A program made the position numbers and the translations under genes. From contig JBDHZC010000001.1 in the NCBI GenBank assembly GCA_039811685.1, positions 576,001 through 640,000 on the forward strand: DNA of 64,000 nt. The letters run 5' to 3'. Under the pieces are notes generated by a model. That model made no database searches and had not been told where the DNA came from. It saw nothing but the letters and a program-made list of their open reading frames with translations. Numbering within the stretch: the stretch's first letter is position 1; each line of letters opens with the position of its first letter. Source of the DNA: Armatimonadota bacterium (GTDB lineage Bacteria > Armatimonadota > UBA5829 > DSUL01). This document shows positions 30,555 through 40,564 of this stretch, one piece after another.

Positions 30555-31478
30555 TCAAAGGTTAGAAGCAGGTTGTCGAAGGGTATCCTGAAGGGCTAAA
30601 TGCGGTGGTCTTGTCAAAGAAAAAAGATATAAATACTGTTGAATCCAGCCGGCCAGTGGCCCAAATCTGTCTCGCAAAACCTGTGAGGTTCTCTGGTACG
30701 CTGCCGGCGTTCTGGAAGAGCCGGGAAGCCCATACAGCGCCTGGGCTACACGCCAGGTGTGCGTATCCAGCGGAAAAGCTTCGTCATGCTCCAATGAAAA
30801 GAGCAATGCGCAATCCGCGATTTTTCTGCCAACCCCTGAAATCTGCGTAAGCGCCTTTGCCGCCTCCTCATAAGGCATCACGCACACTTCTCTGAGAAAC
30901 CGCTCTCCACCCAGCGCTTGCAGATCCCGCGCAGCACGGCTCAGACTGCGACACCTGAACTCCATGGCCCCTACCCTTAGCCGCTCAGGTTCGACCTCAG
31001 CCAGGGCTGCCAGAGTCGGAAAGGCGCGGTGTTCGGAGTCAACGCTCGAACCCAGCGCCAGTGTCAGCTCCTCAATCGACCAGCGAATGCGTGATATTGA
31101 CGTCGCAACCGCACACACGAAGGAGAGGAGACACTCCACCGGCTCCTGTCTCAGGATGCGAAGCCCGGCAAATCGCTCAAAAAGAGGGGCCAATCGTGGG
31201 TCAGCTTCGAGGGCAACCTGCCTGACGGATGCGGTCGAGACGTCAAGGCGCAAAAAGCGCTGGAGCATCTGAGGACTGACCGCTTCGCTGCCAGAATACA
31301 CCCTCACCAGATTTCCAGCGCGCCGCATTCCAATCCAGGCGCCATCCACGGGGCCTTCCCACAGACCATCCCGTTGGGTCCAGCGAAAGGTCTGACCACT
31401 GCTGAAGGTGTGGTCGAGGTCGAACTCCTCCGGCGCAATATCGAGATGGAAGCGAAAGTAATCTGTCAGTTGAATCAG
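30555..31478 (-). CDS. 8-oxoguanine DNA glycosylase (Ogg-like, HhH-GPD); non-canonical start proposed (first canonical codon GTG 31349)
   Basis: FDLDHTFSSGQTFRW lies upstream of GTG 31349; GLRILRQEP, ISGVGRKIADCALLFSL, AFPLDTH, AGWIQQYLY. Confidence 0.88.
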   Translation of the reverse strand: MIQLTDYFRFHLDIAPEEFDLDHTFSSGQTFRWTQRDGLWEGPVDGAWIGMRRAGNLVRVYSGSEAVSPQMLQRFLRLDVSTASVRQVALEADPRLAPLFERFAGLRILRQEPVECLLSFVCAVATSISRIRWSIEELTLALGSSVDSEHRAFPTLAALAEVEPERLRVGAMEFRCRSLSRAARDLQALGGERFLREVCVMPYEEAAKALTQISGVGRKIADCALLFSLEHDEAFPLDTHTWRVAQALYGLPGSSRTPAAYQRTSQVLRDRFGPLAGWIQQYLYLFSLTRPPHLALQDTLRQPASNL

Positions 31479-31873
31479 TCAGAAAGCACGTCTGTGTCCG
31501 TCTTGTCACGGACTGGATGATGGGCCAGAACTACGGGAATATCCCGCCGGTCTGGACTGGCGTGGAGATGGCTGAGGCTGCCAGCGGCATACAGCTGAAT
31601 GCCCTTGGAGGCTATAAGCGACGCCGCCACGCACATGGCCAGGAGAAACACAAGCTGTACGAGCAGAACGACAAGGCGAGGCAGAATACTGGCTGCAGAG
31701 TTCGTCGCAGCCGTTCCCGCAGCGCCTGCTGACGCACTCTTGCTCGCAGAGGCGACAAAGCCCGGGTCCTGAAAAATCTTGAAGCCAAACCAGAACACCC
31801 CTGCCAGCATGGCTATGCCGACAAGGAACACGATCAGCCCCAGTCCACGGCCAACGATTGAATACGCTCTCAT
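31475..31873 (-). CDS. Hypothetical two-TM membrane protein
   Basis: Two long hydrophobic segments; stop overlaps the glycosylase start region. Confidence 0.75.
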   Translation of the reverse strand: MRAYSIVGRGLGLIVFLVGIAMLAGVFWFGFKIFQDPGFVASASKSASAGAAGTAATNSAASILPRLVVLLVQLVFLLAMCVAASLIASKGIQLYAAGSLSHLHASPDRRDIPVVLAHHPVRDKTDTDVLSD

Positions 31874-32100
31874 ACTGTTTCCAAATCACAGCTCTCACGG
31901 CAGGCATCTGCCACTGACCATAGGAGTATACATTGAAAGGAGCCGTTTCGAGAACCATTTCAGGCGGCCGGAGGCGAGATTTTCCGTCCGGCAGCCCATT
32001 CTCGCACGGCTACACTTTTATGACGAGTAAATAACGCGAAATCACGCTGTCTTTATTCAAACGGATACCTCTGAATCGCACATTGAAATGTTACAACAGA

Positions 32101-32350
32101 ACCGGAATTACGATGGAAGAAAGACAGCAGCTTGACAAGGCAGAGGTTTTTCTTGCGCTCGCTGGAGTCCCGTCAGCTTCGTGTCCGGCATCACGACGAC
32201 ATCGAGCGCATTCCTGAGCGTAGCGTGCGAGAGCAGATCGTGCCTGAGCTACGCAAGCTTGGCTTCAAGCACGTGGCTTTGGACCTGAATGGCCATGTCA
32301 CGGGCAGTATGAATATTGGATTATCGAAGCAGTCCACAACTATTTCGTAA
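32101..32350 (+). pseudogene. larE: C-terminal remnant of larE (sacrificial sulfur transferase), frameshifted
   Basis: GITMEERQQLDKAEVF, then a frameshift in a T run to LRSLESRQLRVRHHDDIERI...LRKLGFKHVALDLNGHVTGSMN. The N-terminal PP-loop domain is absent. Confidence 0.75.
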
Positions 32351-32377
32351 AAGTTTATAGGAAATACTTTTACATCT

Positions 32378-32557
32378 CCGGACGCAACAAGATGCCGTAG
32401 TGTGCTGCAGAAGGTGAGCCACAGAGAGATGACTGCGGACGACGCCACGAGGATATTGCGCGATTTGCTCTGTTAGAATTTGGAGCTTACAGTGGACGAG
32501 ACTGGATAACTGGCTCAGGAGCTGTTTGAGAAGGCCGTGCAGGCGTTTGAGGACTGA
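32378..32557 (+). pseudogene. Decayed reading frame resembling the LarB N-terminus, possibly joined to a LarC-like C-terminus
   Basis: SVLQKVSHREMTADDATRILRDLLC*NLELTVDETG*LAQELFEKAVQAFED*; two internal stops. Confidence 0.4.
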
Positions 32558-32562
32558 GGGAA

Positions 32563-32592
32563 TTGACGGGAGACGCAACGGGTAAGTATAGT
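32563..32592 (+). promoter_or_regulatory. Sigma70-type promoter
   Basis: TTGACG-18 nt-TATAGT upstream of 32664. Confidence 0.6.
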
Positions 32593-32663
32593 CCCGTGGA
32601 GGCTGACACGCGTTAGACCTTGTCCGGAAGACGCATTGATTTCCACTGGAGGCATCTGAAGCT

Positions 32664-33665
32664 ATGCGACTCGATCAATTTCCTGCAGTTCACCTGGCAC
32701 ATCTCCCAACCCCGATAGACGAAGCTCCGCGGCTGGCTGAACATCTCGGACTAAAACGTCTGATGATAAAGCGGGATGATCAGACAGGACTGGCGACAGG
32801 CGGCAACAAGGCCCGCAAGCTGGAGTTTTTGATGGCGGACGCCGTGGAGCGTGGCTGTGATATTGTGCTGACAGACGGGGGGCCCCAGTCCAACCACGCC
32901 CGCATGACGGCGGCTGCCGCGAGAAAGTTGGGGTTGGATGTAAAGCTTGTCCTGGGTGGTCCGGATTTTGATGAGTTTCAGGGAAACCTGCTGCTTGACA
33001 CTCTCTTTGGAGCGGAGATCACTTTCCTGAAGGGCAAAGATGTGCCGGAGATGGAGGAAGAGCTTACGCGGATGGCGGCAGAGCTGCGCGAGCAGGGCCG
33101 CAAGCCGTACCACATCCCGGTTGGAGGCAGCACGCCTCTCGGCGCCCTGGGCTATGTGCGGGGCATGCAGGAGCTTCGTCAGGACATCGGCAATGTTCCG
33201 GCGCAGATAGTTCTGGCTGTAGGGTCGTGCGGCACTTTCGCCGGTACGGTTCTCGGAGCACGGCTATTTCTGCCGATGGCGGAAGTGATCGGCATCAGTG
33301 TCAGTCGCACCACCAGGCAGATGCAGAAGCGCACTGCCGAACTTGCCAATGAAGCCTCTGAAATGATAGGCGCGGAAATCCAGTTTGCAGAAGACGATAT
33401 TCGCTGTTACGACGAATACTACGGAAGCGCTTACGGAGTGCCAACAGAATCGGGCAAAGAAGCGATTGTCACATCCGCACGACTGGAAGGCCTGCTTCTG
33501 GACCCGGTTTACACAGGAAAGGCGATGGCGGGATTGTTTGACTTAGCGCGCAAAGGAGTCCTCGATCCCAACCGCACAGTCGTGTTTCTACACACTGGTG
33601 GCACTTCAGCGCTGTTTGCCTTCGAGAAAGAGTTCCGAGATCTGGCTCAGTGTCGCAAGGTGTAG
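32664..33665 (+). CDS. D-cysteine desulfhydrase / ACC deaminase family PLP enzyme
   Basis: KRDDQTG..GGNKARKLEF, QSNHAR, LDPVYTGKAM, FLHTGG. Confidence 0.92.
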   Translation: MRLDQFPAVHLAHLPTPIDEAPRLAEHLGLKRLMIKRDDQTGLATGGNKARKLEFLMADAVERGCDIVLTDGGPQSNHARMTAAAARKLGLDVKLVLGGPDFDEFQGNLLLDTLFGAEITFLKGKDVPEMEEELTRMAAELREQGRKPYHIPVGGSTPLGALGYVRGMQELRQDIGNVPAQIVLAVGSCGTFAGTVLGARLFLPMAEVIGISVSRTTRQMQKRTAELANEASEMIGAEIQFAEDDIRCYDEYYGSAYGVPTESGKEAIVTSARLEGLLLDPVYTGKAMAGLFDLARKGVLDPNRTVVFLHTGGTSALFAFEKEFRDLAQCRKV

Positions 33666-33702
33666 ACGAAATCTCCCTGCGAAAATCAGACGCTTTGCTG
33701 CG

Positions 33703-34083
33703 TCAGCGGGCGGCGATGCCCTCCATCTCAAGTGCGACGCCTCTGGGCAGGGCAGCTACCTGCACAACAGCCCGCGCTGCCGGATCGGCCGAAAAACGCT
33801 CGGCATACAAAGCGTTGAACTCCTGAAAGCGGCTCATATCGACGAGGTAGACGGTCGTCTTTACGACGTTATCCCAGCTCAGCCCGGCCTCTGAGAGAAT
33901 CGCCTCAAAATTGTCCAGCACACGGCGAACGTGTGCCGCGAAATCTCCCTGTTCAAGCTCGCCTGTGTCCGGTACAAGCGGAATCTGACCCGAAATAAAC
34001 AGCAGCCCGCCAGCCTCCACGGCCTGCGAATACGGCCCGATAGCGGCAGGCGCTTTGTCTGTTGAAAGTGCGCGTTTTGACAC
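33703..34083 (-). CDS. ridA: RidA family enamine/imine deaminase
   Basis: APAAIGPYSQA, SGQIP, VVKTTVYL, PAARAVVQVAALP. GTG 34083 follows GGGAG. Confidence 0.9.
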   Translation of the reverse strand: MSKRALSTDKAPAAIGPYSQAVEAGGLLFISGQIPLVPDTGELEQGDFAAHVRRVLDNFEAILSEAGLSWDNVVKTTVYLVDMSRFQEFNALYAERFSADPAARAVVQVAALPRGVALEMEGIAAR

Positions 34084-34104
34084 TTCAAAAACTCCCTGAT
34101 TTTT

Positions 34105-34275
34105 CGTCTGTAATAGCAGATTACGCCGTCGGCGCAACCCTGTCTGAGGACGGAACAAGGACACAGCGGCGCCAGAAAGCCAGAAGGCGCCAGCCTGTGT
34201 AGCCGTGGCGTGGACTCCACGTACCCCGTCCGGAGAACCTGCCGGAGGCATGTTAGCGGAATGAGGTTACAGACG
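34105..34275. ncRNA. Candidate 171-nt rod-like structured RNA
   Basis: Nested inverted repeats: CGTCTGTAA/TTACAGACG, GGACGG/CCGTCC, ACACAG/CTGTGT, GGCGCC/GGCGCC. Confidence 0.4.
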
Positions 34276-34327
34276 CCAGCAACCCACTCTCCCGTAACAA
34301 CCGGCGTCCCAAAGCGCGGAAGATTCG

Positions 34328-35581
34328 TCAGTCACTCAATTCGAACGGCGCAAGATTTCTGGCAAACGGGGCGGCGACATCGGCGATGACGTGAATACCA
34401 TCCTGTCTGTATTCCGCCTTGACCACGTGGCCAAAGTCATAGCATGCAGACACAAGATCGCTGCGGTCGTACGGGATCAGAACGTTGACGTGATCGAGTA
34501 GCGACCCAATGGCCGTTGTTATCTTGGAGATCAGATGCTGGAGCCCTTCCCGCTTTGCCGCGGAGATGTAGCAGGAAAGAGGCTCCTCTGCCACCTTTCG
34601 TCGCAACTCGTAGGTGTCCTGGATCAGATCGCTCTTGTTGTAAACCATCACGACAGGCTTCTCCCGCACACCAATTTCCGATAGGGTCTCTTCCACGGCA
34701 GCAATCTGTGCGGAGGTATTCGGGTGAGAAGCGTCAACTACGTGAATGAGGATGTCCGCCTGATCCACCTCTTCCAGCGTCGCCCGGAAAGCGGCGATCA
34801 GGGAGTGTGGCAGATCTCTTATGAAGCCGACAGTGTCTGTGATCAGAATGCCCCAGCCATCCGGAAGAACAACTCGCCGCGTCGTGGGATCGAGAGTCGA
34901 GAAGAGCTGCGCGTCAGCAAAAACTTCTGCGCCTGAGAGCGCATTCAGCAGAGTTGATTTTCCTGCGCTGGTGTACCCCACGAGAACTGCCGAGGGAAAG
35001 GGGAGCCTTTTGCGAGCAGAGCGCGAGACTTCGCGATGTTTCCTGATGGCGTCTATCTCTTCCCGCAGCGAATCAATGCGCTTACGCAGACGGCGCCTGT
35101 CCGACTCCAGCTTCGTTTCCCCGGGCCCGCGCGTACCTACGCCGCCGCCCAGGCGGGACATCTCCGCGCCCGACCCAGAAAGGCGCGGCAGGAGGTAGGA
35201 CAACTGCGCCAGTTCAACCTGGAGTTTGCCCTCTCGCGTGTGGGCGCGTTGCGCAAAGATATCGAGGATGAGCTGCGTGCGATCAACGACGCGCACTCCG
35301 ATTTCACTCTGAAGCTCTGCGTGCTCACTTGCCTGAAGATCGCAGGCCACCAGCGCAACCGTGCACGAGGTATCGATTATTTCGTTGTATAGCTCTTCGG
35401 TGCGATCCGAAGAGATGAATGGTTGGCCAGGCCGCCGCTTCACGCGAGAGAAAAACTCGCCCACCACATCAACGTCCGCGCTCCGGGCAAGCTCACGCAT
35501 CTCCTCTACATGCCAGGAGTCTTCCTCTCTGGATTCAAAGACCAGAATGGCTCTATCGCGTGGAGCTACTTCGTGTGCTAT
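34328..35581 (-). CDS. hflX: Ribosome-splitting GTPase HflX (ATA start proposed; first canonical codon ATG 35500)
   Basis: DRTQLILDIFAQRA, GPGETKLE, VGYTSAGKSTL, DTVGF, NKSD. An N-terminal DRAILV lies upstream of ATG 35500. Confidence 0.95.
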   Translation of the reverse strand: MAHEVAPRDRAILVFESREEDSWHVEEMRELARSADVDVVGEFFSRVKRRPGQPFISSDRTEELYNEIIDTSCTVALVACDLQASEHAELQSEIGVRVVDRTQLILDIFAQRAHTREGKLQVELAQLSYLLPRLSGSGAEMSRLGGGVGTRGPGETKLESDRRRLRKRIDSLREEIDAIRKHREVSRSARKRLPFPSAVLVGYTSAGKSTLLNALSGAEVFADAQLFSTLDPTTRRVVLPDGWGILITDTVGFIRDLPHSLIAAFRATLEEVDQADILIHVVDASHPNTSAQIAAVEETLSEIGVREKPVVMVYNKSDLIQDTYELRRKVAEEPLSCYISAAKREGLQHLISKITTAIGSLLDHVNVLIPYDRSDLVSACYDFGHVVKAEYRQDGIHVIADVAAPFARNLAPFELSD

Positions 35582-35716
35582 CGCTCACCCTCCGGACCTT
35601 GAGAAACAAACCGCGCACAACTGTTAAAGTGGGCGCGATGAGTTGAGCGCTCACTGGTTAGAGGGTTGGGAGCCTGCATCTGCCCCGCAAGTGAAGGCAT
35701 CAGATGGGAGCGCCAC

Positions 35717-36559
35717 TCACGCAGCGTACTCGCCCGTGAACACTTCAACCGCCGGGCCCAGCATAAAGACGCTTTCACCCGGCGTCCAGCTTATCTGCAG
35801 ATCCCCTCCACGAAGACGCACAGCAACACTGTTCTCCGTGTAGCCGTTGAGCATGCTGGCTACAGCAGCCGCGCAGGCCCCTGTTCCACAGGCCAGTGTC
35901 TCACCCGCGCCGCGCTCCCAGACACGTACTCGGATCTCATCCCGCGAGATTACTTCAACAAAAGGCGCGTTGGTTCTGCTCGGAAAGAGCGGGTGGTGTT
36001 CGATAAGCGGGCCAACCGTCTCCACAGGATAGCTGCTGACATCCTCAACAAAACTGACACAGTGGGGATTGCCCATTGACAGGCAGGTAACGCTAAGCTG
36101 TTGTGCATTGACGTCGAGGAGTTCACCTACTACCTCATCAGCTTCAGGGCTGCCAAGCATGGGAATGTGTGAACGGCGAAGCTCCGGCGGGCCCATGTCA
36201 ACTCTGACTCCACTGATTTGCCCGTCAGTAAGAACTACCTCAACAACTTTTACGCCAGACTTAGTCTCAACGGAGATCGAGGAGTTGTCCGAATGGCCAT
36301 GATCCAACAGATAGCGCGCGAAGCACCGTATACCGTTTCCGCACATTTCAGCTTCGCTGCCGTCCGGATTGTACATTCTCATCATGAAAGGGGCCGTCCG
36401 GCCCTTTTCGACAAGGATCAGCCCATCCGCCCCAATTCCGAAGCGACGGTCGCATACGCGTCGGCTGAGTTGTGGAATTGCGTCCCTTTGCAGAGGCTCA
36501 CGGAGTGTGTCAACAATGACAAAATCGTTGCCAGCGCCCTGCATCTTGGTGAACTTCAC
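35717..36559 (-). CDS. dapF: Diaminopimelate epimerase
   Basis: [32 protein letters not shown]. Confidence 0.97.
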   Translation of the reverse strand: MKFTKMQGAGNDFVIVDTLREPLQRDAIPQLSRRVCDRRFGIGADGLILVEKGRTAPFMMRMYNPDGSEAEMCGNGIRCFARYLLDHGHSDNSSISVETKSGVKVVEVVLTDGQISGVRVDMGPPELRRSHIPMLGSPEADEVVGELLDVNAQQLSVTCLSMGNPHCVSFVEDVSSYPVETVGPLIEHHPLFPSRTNAPFVEVISRDEIRVRVWERGAGETLACGTGACAAAVASMLNGYTENSVAVRLRGGDLQISWTPGESVFMLGPAVEVFTGEYAA

Positions 36560-36867
36560 GCAACCGGCTCCTCAGCGGGCGCTTCGTGTTCAGCTTCGCG
36601 AGAATGCGCAGGGGCTGCCTGCACCTGCTGTGCGCCTGAATCAAGCTTGATATTCACGGGCTTGCCGGGCACGACAGAGGCAAGCGCATGCTTGTAAATC
36701 AATTGGGAAGGCTTTCCGGGGCTGTCCAACACCAGTGTAAAAGAATCAAATCCCTTAACAAACCCTTTGAGTTGAACTCCTGTAATCAGGTAAATCGTGA
36801 CCGGAACGTTCTCCTTGCGCACCTGATTGAGAAAAATATCTTGAAGATTCGTCTGACCTTTGTTCAT
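36556..36867 (-). CDS. hfq: RNA chaperone Hfq
   Basis: [22 protein letters not shown]. Confidence 0.96.
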   Translation of the reverse strand: MNKGQTNLQDIFLNQVRKENVPVTIYLITGVQLKGFVKGFDSFTLVLDSPGKPSQLIYKHALASVVPGKPVNIKLDSGAQQVQAAPAHSREAEHEAPAEEPVA

Positions 36868-36965
36868 GGTCTCCCCCCACTCTACAGCGATGTCCAGCAG
36901 CGCCGCTCACACCTTCTAACGATAACGCTGAACCAGCCCGCCTTGGTTTTTCACTAATACGGTAG

Positions 36966-37910
36966 CTACGGCTTTATAACCAGCGCACAGATTTCAGCAG
37001 CAATTTCTTCAGCGCTACGATCTGCCGCGTCAATCCATTGGATTCGTTTGTCAGCTCGAAACCACGTTCTCTGACGCTTGGCATACCGGCGTGTATTGAG
37101 CTTTATCTGATTGACAGCACATTCCAGGGAGATCTGGCCCTCGATGTACTCCACCATCTCTTGATACCCAAGCGCAGTGCAAGACTGCAAACTCTTCCGC
37201 AAACCAAGACCGACAAGTCCGCGGACTTCCTCAAGCAAGCCGTCCGCCAGCATCTCGTCCACCCGGTTATCTATGCGCTGCGCAAGCTTGTCTGGACTCA
37301 CGCTCAATCCAAACATCAGCCACTTTGACGCCTGGCGGCGGGCCCGGTCCTCTGCGATGTGCGCCGAGAGTGGCCTGCCAGAGACTTCATAGACTTCAAG
37401 CGCTCTGATTATCCGCACTATATCCGCAGGAGCCAGTCTCTCCGCGGTATCCGGGTCGATACTTCTCAGCTTTTGCCACATTTCGCCCGGACAAGCCGAA
37501 GCGGCTTCTTCTCTCAAGCGCTGCCGCACGTCTCGTGGGGCCTGTGGCGGGAACGTAACCTCATCCACCACGGCCCGGATGTAGAGGCCGGTTCCACCCG
37601 CCAATAGCGGGACTTTTCCCCTTCCACGGATTTCGCGGATGACTTCAAGCGCACTTTCCTGAAACTGGGCGACGCTGTAGCTCTCGAAGATGTCCACCTG
37701 ATCCAGCAGATGGAACATCGTCCGCCGGCGCTCGGCGGGTGTTGGTTTGGCTGTGCCAATATCCATACCCCGCCAGATCTGCATGCTGTCCGCTGAAACA
37801 ATCTCGCCACCCAGCCTGCGCGCCAAAGCAATGGCAACGGCCGTCTTACCCGTCGCCGTAGGCCCAACGATCGCTATATGCGGAACTGAAGTGCCGGTGT
37901 CTGCGCTCAT
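36966..37910 (-). CDS. miaA: tRNA dimethylallyltransferase
   Basis: GPTATGKT, DSMQIWRGMDIGTAKP, GGTGLY, YAKRQRTWF. Confidence 0.97.
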   Translation of the reverse strand: MSADTGTSVPHIAIVGPTATGKTAVAIALARRLGGEIVSADSMQIWRGMDIGTAKPTPAERRRTMFHLLDQVDIFESYSVAQFQESALEVIREIRGRGKVPLLAGGTGLYIRAVVDEVTFPPQAPRDVRQRLREEAASACPGEMWQKLRSIDPDTAERLAPADIVRIIRALEVYEVSGRPLSAHIAEDRARRQASKWLMFGLSVSPDKLAQRIDNRVDEMLADGLLEEVRGLVGLGLRKSLQSCTALGYQEMVEYIEGQISLECAVNQIKLNTRRYAKRQRTWFRADKRIQWIDAADRSAEEIAAEICALVIKP

Positions 37911-37982
37911 GTCCGAACAGCACACAGCCAGACAGTATATCACGCCGCCGTTCCGTAAGCCCGTTCACTGTGTCTGCGAAGT

Positions 37983-38453
37983 TTATTGAACCGAGGCTTT
38001 TTCAGAGCTTTTGAGGCCGAACGGGGTGAGGATAGACACCAGCAATGCCGTGAGCAGTGACTGTCTGAGCGAAACATTCAACCACCAGAGGAGGTCTGTG
38101 CTGGGCTGAACCAGGAGAAAAACAAGATTTCCAACGCCAGAAGCCAAAACAGCAACACCGAAGATAACAGGCAGACTGATCTCAAGTGGTTCTATCAGCG
38201 TCTGGGCGACCAGCGCTGCGATCAAGCGGCTGACAATAAAAGCGCCCACACTCTGTCCGAGCAAAACACTGTCCAGGAAACCTCCCGTAAACGCAAGGAA
38301 TACAAGTGTCTTTCCTGATAGCAGTAACGCACCGGCAAGAACGACCGCAAACACCAGATCCGGACGGTACATCGGTGGCGCTATCCGAGAACCAACCTGC
38401 GCCTGTAGTACGAAGGCCACGAGAAGTACGACGAATGCAGTGAGAGCTTTCAT
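37983..38453 (-). CDS. mreD: Rod shape-determining protein MreD
   Basis: Hydrophobic 156 aa protein with PDL motif, coupled to mreC. Confidence 0.8.
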   Translation of the reverse strand: MKALTAFVVLLVAFVLQAQVGSRIAPPMYRPDLVFAVVLAGALLLSGKTLVFLAFTGGFLDSVLLGQSVGAFIVSRLIAALVAQTLIEPLEISLPVIFGVAVLASGVGNLVFLLVQPSTDLLWWLNVSLRQSLLTALLVSILTPFGLKSSEKASVQ

Positions 38454-39268
38454 GGCTTGCTGGTTACGACAAGAGCTTCTTCGAGACTGCGAAAGTTCAC
38501 AAAAGGACGAACCTCGGCGCGCTTGAAGTGCGTCTGGACGTCCTCAACAACACGCTCGATAACGCCCACGCGCACCGCTTTGGGGAACAGGCCGCCGTCT
38601 CCGCTCGTGATAACCACATCTCCTTTTTTCACGTCTGCGGACAGCGGTATGTACTCCATCTGGAGCAACTCACCCGCCTGCCCAGAGCAGATACCCGGAG
38701 CTCGGGTCCGCTGGGTGAGACATGCGACTGCGCTGTGGGTGTCACGCAACAGCAGGACCTGACAGGTGCTTGCTGTCACCGTAAAGACCTGCCCAACCAG
38801 GCCCTCGGCGGCAATCACTGCGGATTCAGGATGGACGCCCTGAGCGGTCCCAACGCCGAGAGTGCATGTCTCCCCCCAGGGTGTTGCGGGCCTGATCAGA
38901 ACTGCGGCCGTGACTACTTTGTAGGGAGTCTGGGCCTTCATCTGCAGAAGGTCTCGCAGACGCTCAGCCTGAGCGGCCTGTTCTTCGACCTGATAGAGGC
39001 GGCTCTGGAGCGAAGCAATCTGGTGGCGCATTGATAGATTGTCGCGCTTCAGAGAGGAGTTCGTGCGAAAGATGCCAGAAATGGATCGCACCTTGACAGC
39101 GCTAATCTGCCCAAGGCTCAAAAACGGGCGTGTGAGAATCTCCGTCCACTCGGTGAAAAAATCGCCCTGCCCTTTCTGGAGACGCTGCCGATGCGCCATG
39201 CCAGCGGTGATCCCAAGAATCAAGGCCACGGCAAAGAATACGAGTGTGAGCGTCCGGCGGCTCAGCAT
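38450..39268 (-). CDS. mreC: Rod shape-determining protein MreC
   Basis: TM plus coiled coil, GLVGQV, KGDVVITSG.GGLFP. Confidence 0.93.
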   Translation of the reverse strand: MLSRRTLTLVFFAVALILGITAGMAHRQRLQKGQGDFFTEWTEILTRPFLSLGQISAVKVRSISGIFRTNSSLKRDNLSMRHQIASLQSRLYQVEEQAAQAERLRDLLQMKAQTPYKVVTAAVLIRPATPWGETCTLGVGTAQGVHPESAVIAAEGLVGQVFTVTASTCQVLLLRDTHSAVACLTQRTRAPGICSGQAGELLQMEYIPLSADVKKGDVVITSGDGGLFPKAVRVGVIERVVEDVQTHFKRAEVRPFVNFRSLEEALVVTSKP

Positions 39269-39292
39269 GGATGTGAGGAGAGTTTCGTCTGG

Positions 39293-40345
39293 CTACCGCA
39301 GCCGGCTAGACTTGTTGAGATCGCGACGAAGGCTGGGATTGGTCTCTGTTTCCTCAAGAAAATGTCCGGCGCCTATGACTACACAGGAAAGCGGGTCCTC
39401 GGCAATGTGCACAGGCATTGATGTCTCCTGTGAAAGAAGACGGTCAATTCCCCTGAGCAGCGCACCTCCACCAGCTACAACAATGCCACGCTCCATGACA
39501 TCTGCGGACAACTCTGGCGGCGTTGACTCCAGAGTCAGCTTGACCGCCTCGACAATCGCATTTACTGGATCAGCGATAGCCTCGCGGATTTCCTCCGACC
39601 GCAGGACTGTACTGCGGGGAAGCCCGCTGATAAGATCGCGCCCGCGAACTTCCAACTCAAGTTCTTCTTCGAGCGGAAACGCTGACCCCACGTTCATTTT
39701 GACGTCTTCAGCAGTCCTGTCCCCGACCAGTAGATTGTACACTCTGCGCACGTAAGCCACAATCGCCTCGTCTATCTCATCTCCGGCGACGCGAATAGAA
39801 CGGCTGGTGACCGGACGCCCCATTGAGATTACGGCGACTTCTGAGGTGCCCCCGCCAATGTCCACAATCATGCTCCCTGTGGGTTCACTGGTCGGCAGAC
39901 CGGCCCCAATAGCCGCAGCCAATGGCTCTTCAATCACATGCGCTTCCTGAGCTCCTGCTTTCTTCGCGGCGTCCAACACAGCTCGGCGCTCAACTTCCGT
40001 GACTCCGGAAGGAATCCCAATGGCGACCTTCAGCTTCACCAGGCCGGCGTTTCTGTGCACTTTCTTGATGAAGCCGCGTAGCATCTGCTCAGTCTGATCA
40101 AAATCGGCAATAACGCCGTCCTTCAGAGGGCGAATTGCGACAATATTTCCGGGAGTGCGACCAAGCATGCGCTTGGCCTCTTCGCCAACTGCCAGAACAC
40201 GGCGTGTTTCCGTGTTTATGGCGATGACAGAAGGCTCTCGCAACAGAATTCCCTTGCCGCGCACGTGGACAAGGGTGTTGGCTGTCCCGAGATCAATGCC
40301 GATAGCGCGAGAAAAGCGTCCAGAGAGGAGTCTCAAAAATTTCAT
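39293..40345 (-). CDS. mreB: Actin-like MreB
   Basis: [32 protein letters not shown]. Confidence 0.97.
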   Translation of the reverse strand: MKFLRLLSGRFSRAIGIDLGTANTLVHVRGKGILLREPSVIAINTETRRVLAVGEEAKRMLGRTPGNIVAIRPLKDGVIADFDQTEQMLRGFIKKVHRNAGLVKLKVAIGIPSGVTEVERRAVLDAAKKAGAQEAHVIEEPLAAAIGAGLPTSEPTGSMIVDIGGGTSEVAVISMGRPVTSRSIRVAGDEIDEAIVAYVRRVYNLLVGDRTAEDVKMNVGSAFPLEEELELEVRGRDLISGLPRSTVLRSEEIREAIADPVNAIVEAVKLTLESTPPELSADVMERGIVVAGGGALLRGIDRLLSQETSMPVHIAEDPLSCVVIGAGHFLEETETNPSLRRDLNKSSRLR

Positions 40346-40399
40346 ACGTCAGGAAGCCCTGTTGCTGCGTCCGTACACGCAAGTCTGAAGGGCCGCCGC

Positions 40400-40408
40400 A
40401 TTATAACA
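40400..40408 (-). promoter_or_regulatory. Extended -10 promoter of mreBCD
   Basis: TGtTATAAT on the minus strand. Confidence 0.55.
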
Positions 40409-40564
40409 CAAAGACCCGGGGGAATTGCATGGGCGGCTTTGCGCTACACGGTCAAGATGCCACTGGTCTGGATGGCGCTGTTGACCCGCGTTGCCTGTGG
40501 TGCTATCCTACCGAGGGCTCTCGTGTGACTCCTGCGAACACTCAAAGAATCTGGCAATCTGAAG

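Noticed and set aside
30531..30555. CRP-like TGTGA site upstream of the NlpC/P60 promoter
   Set aside because: The second half-site (TGCGA) does not match TCACA.
34084..34251. N-terminal extension of RidA in the ORF track
   Set aside because: The family starts at GTG 34083 with its own SD; the extension overlaps the structured intergenic element.
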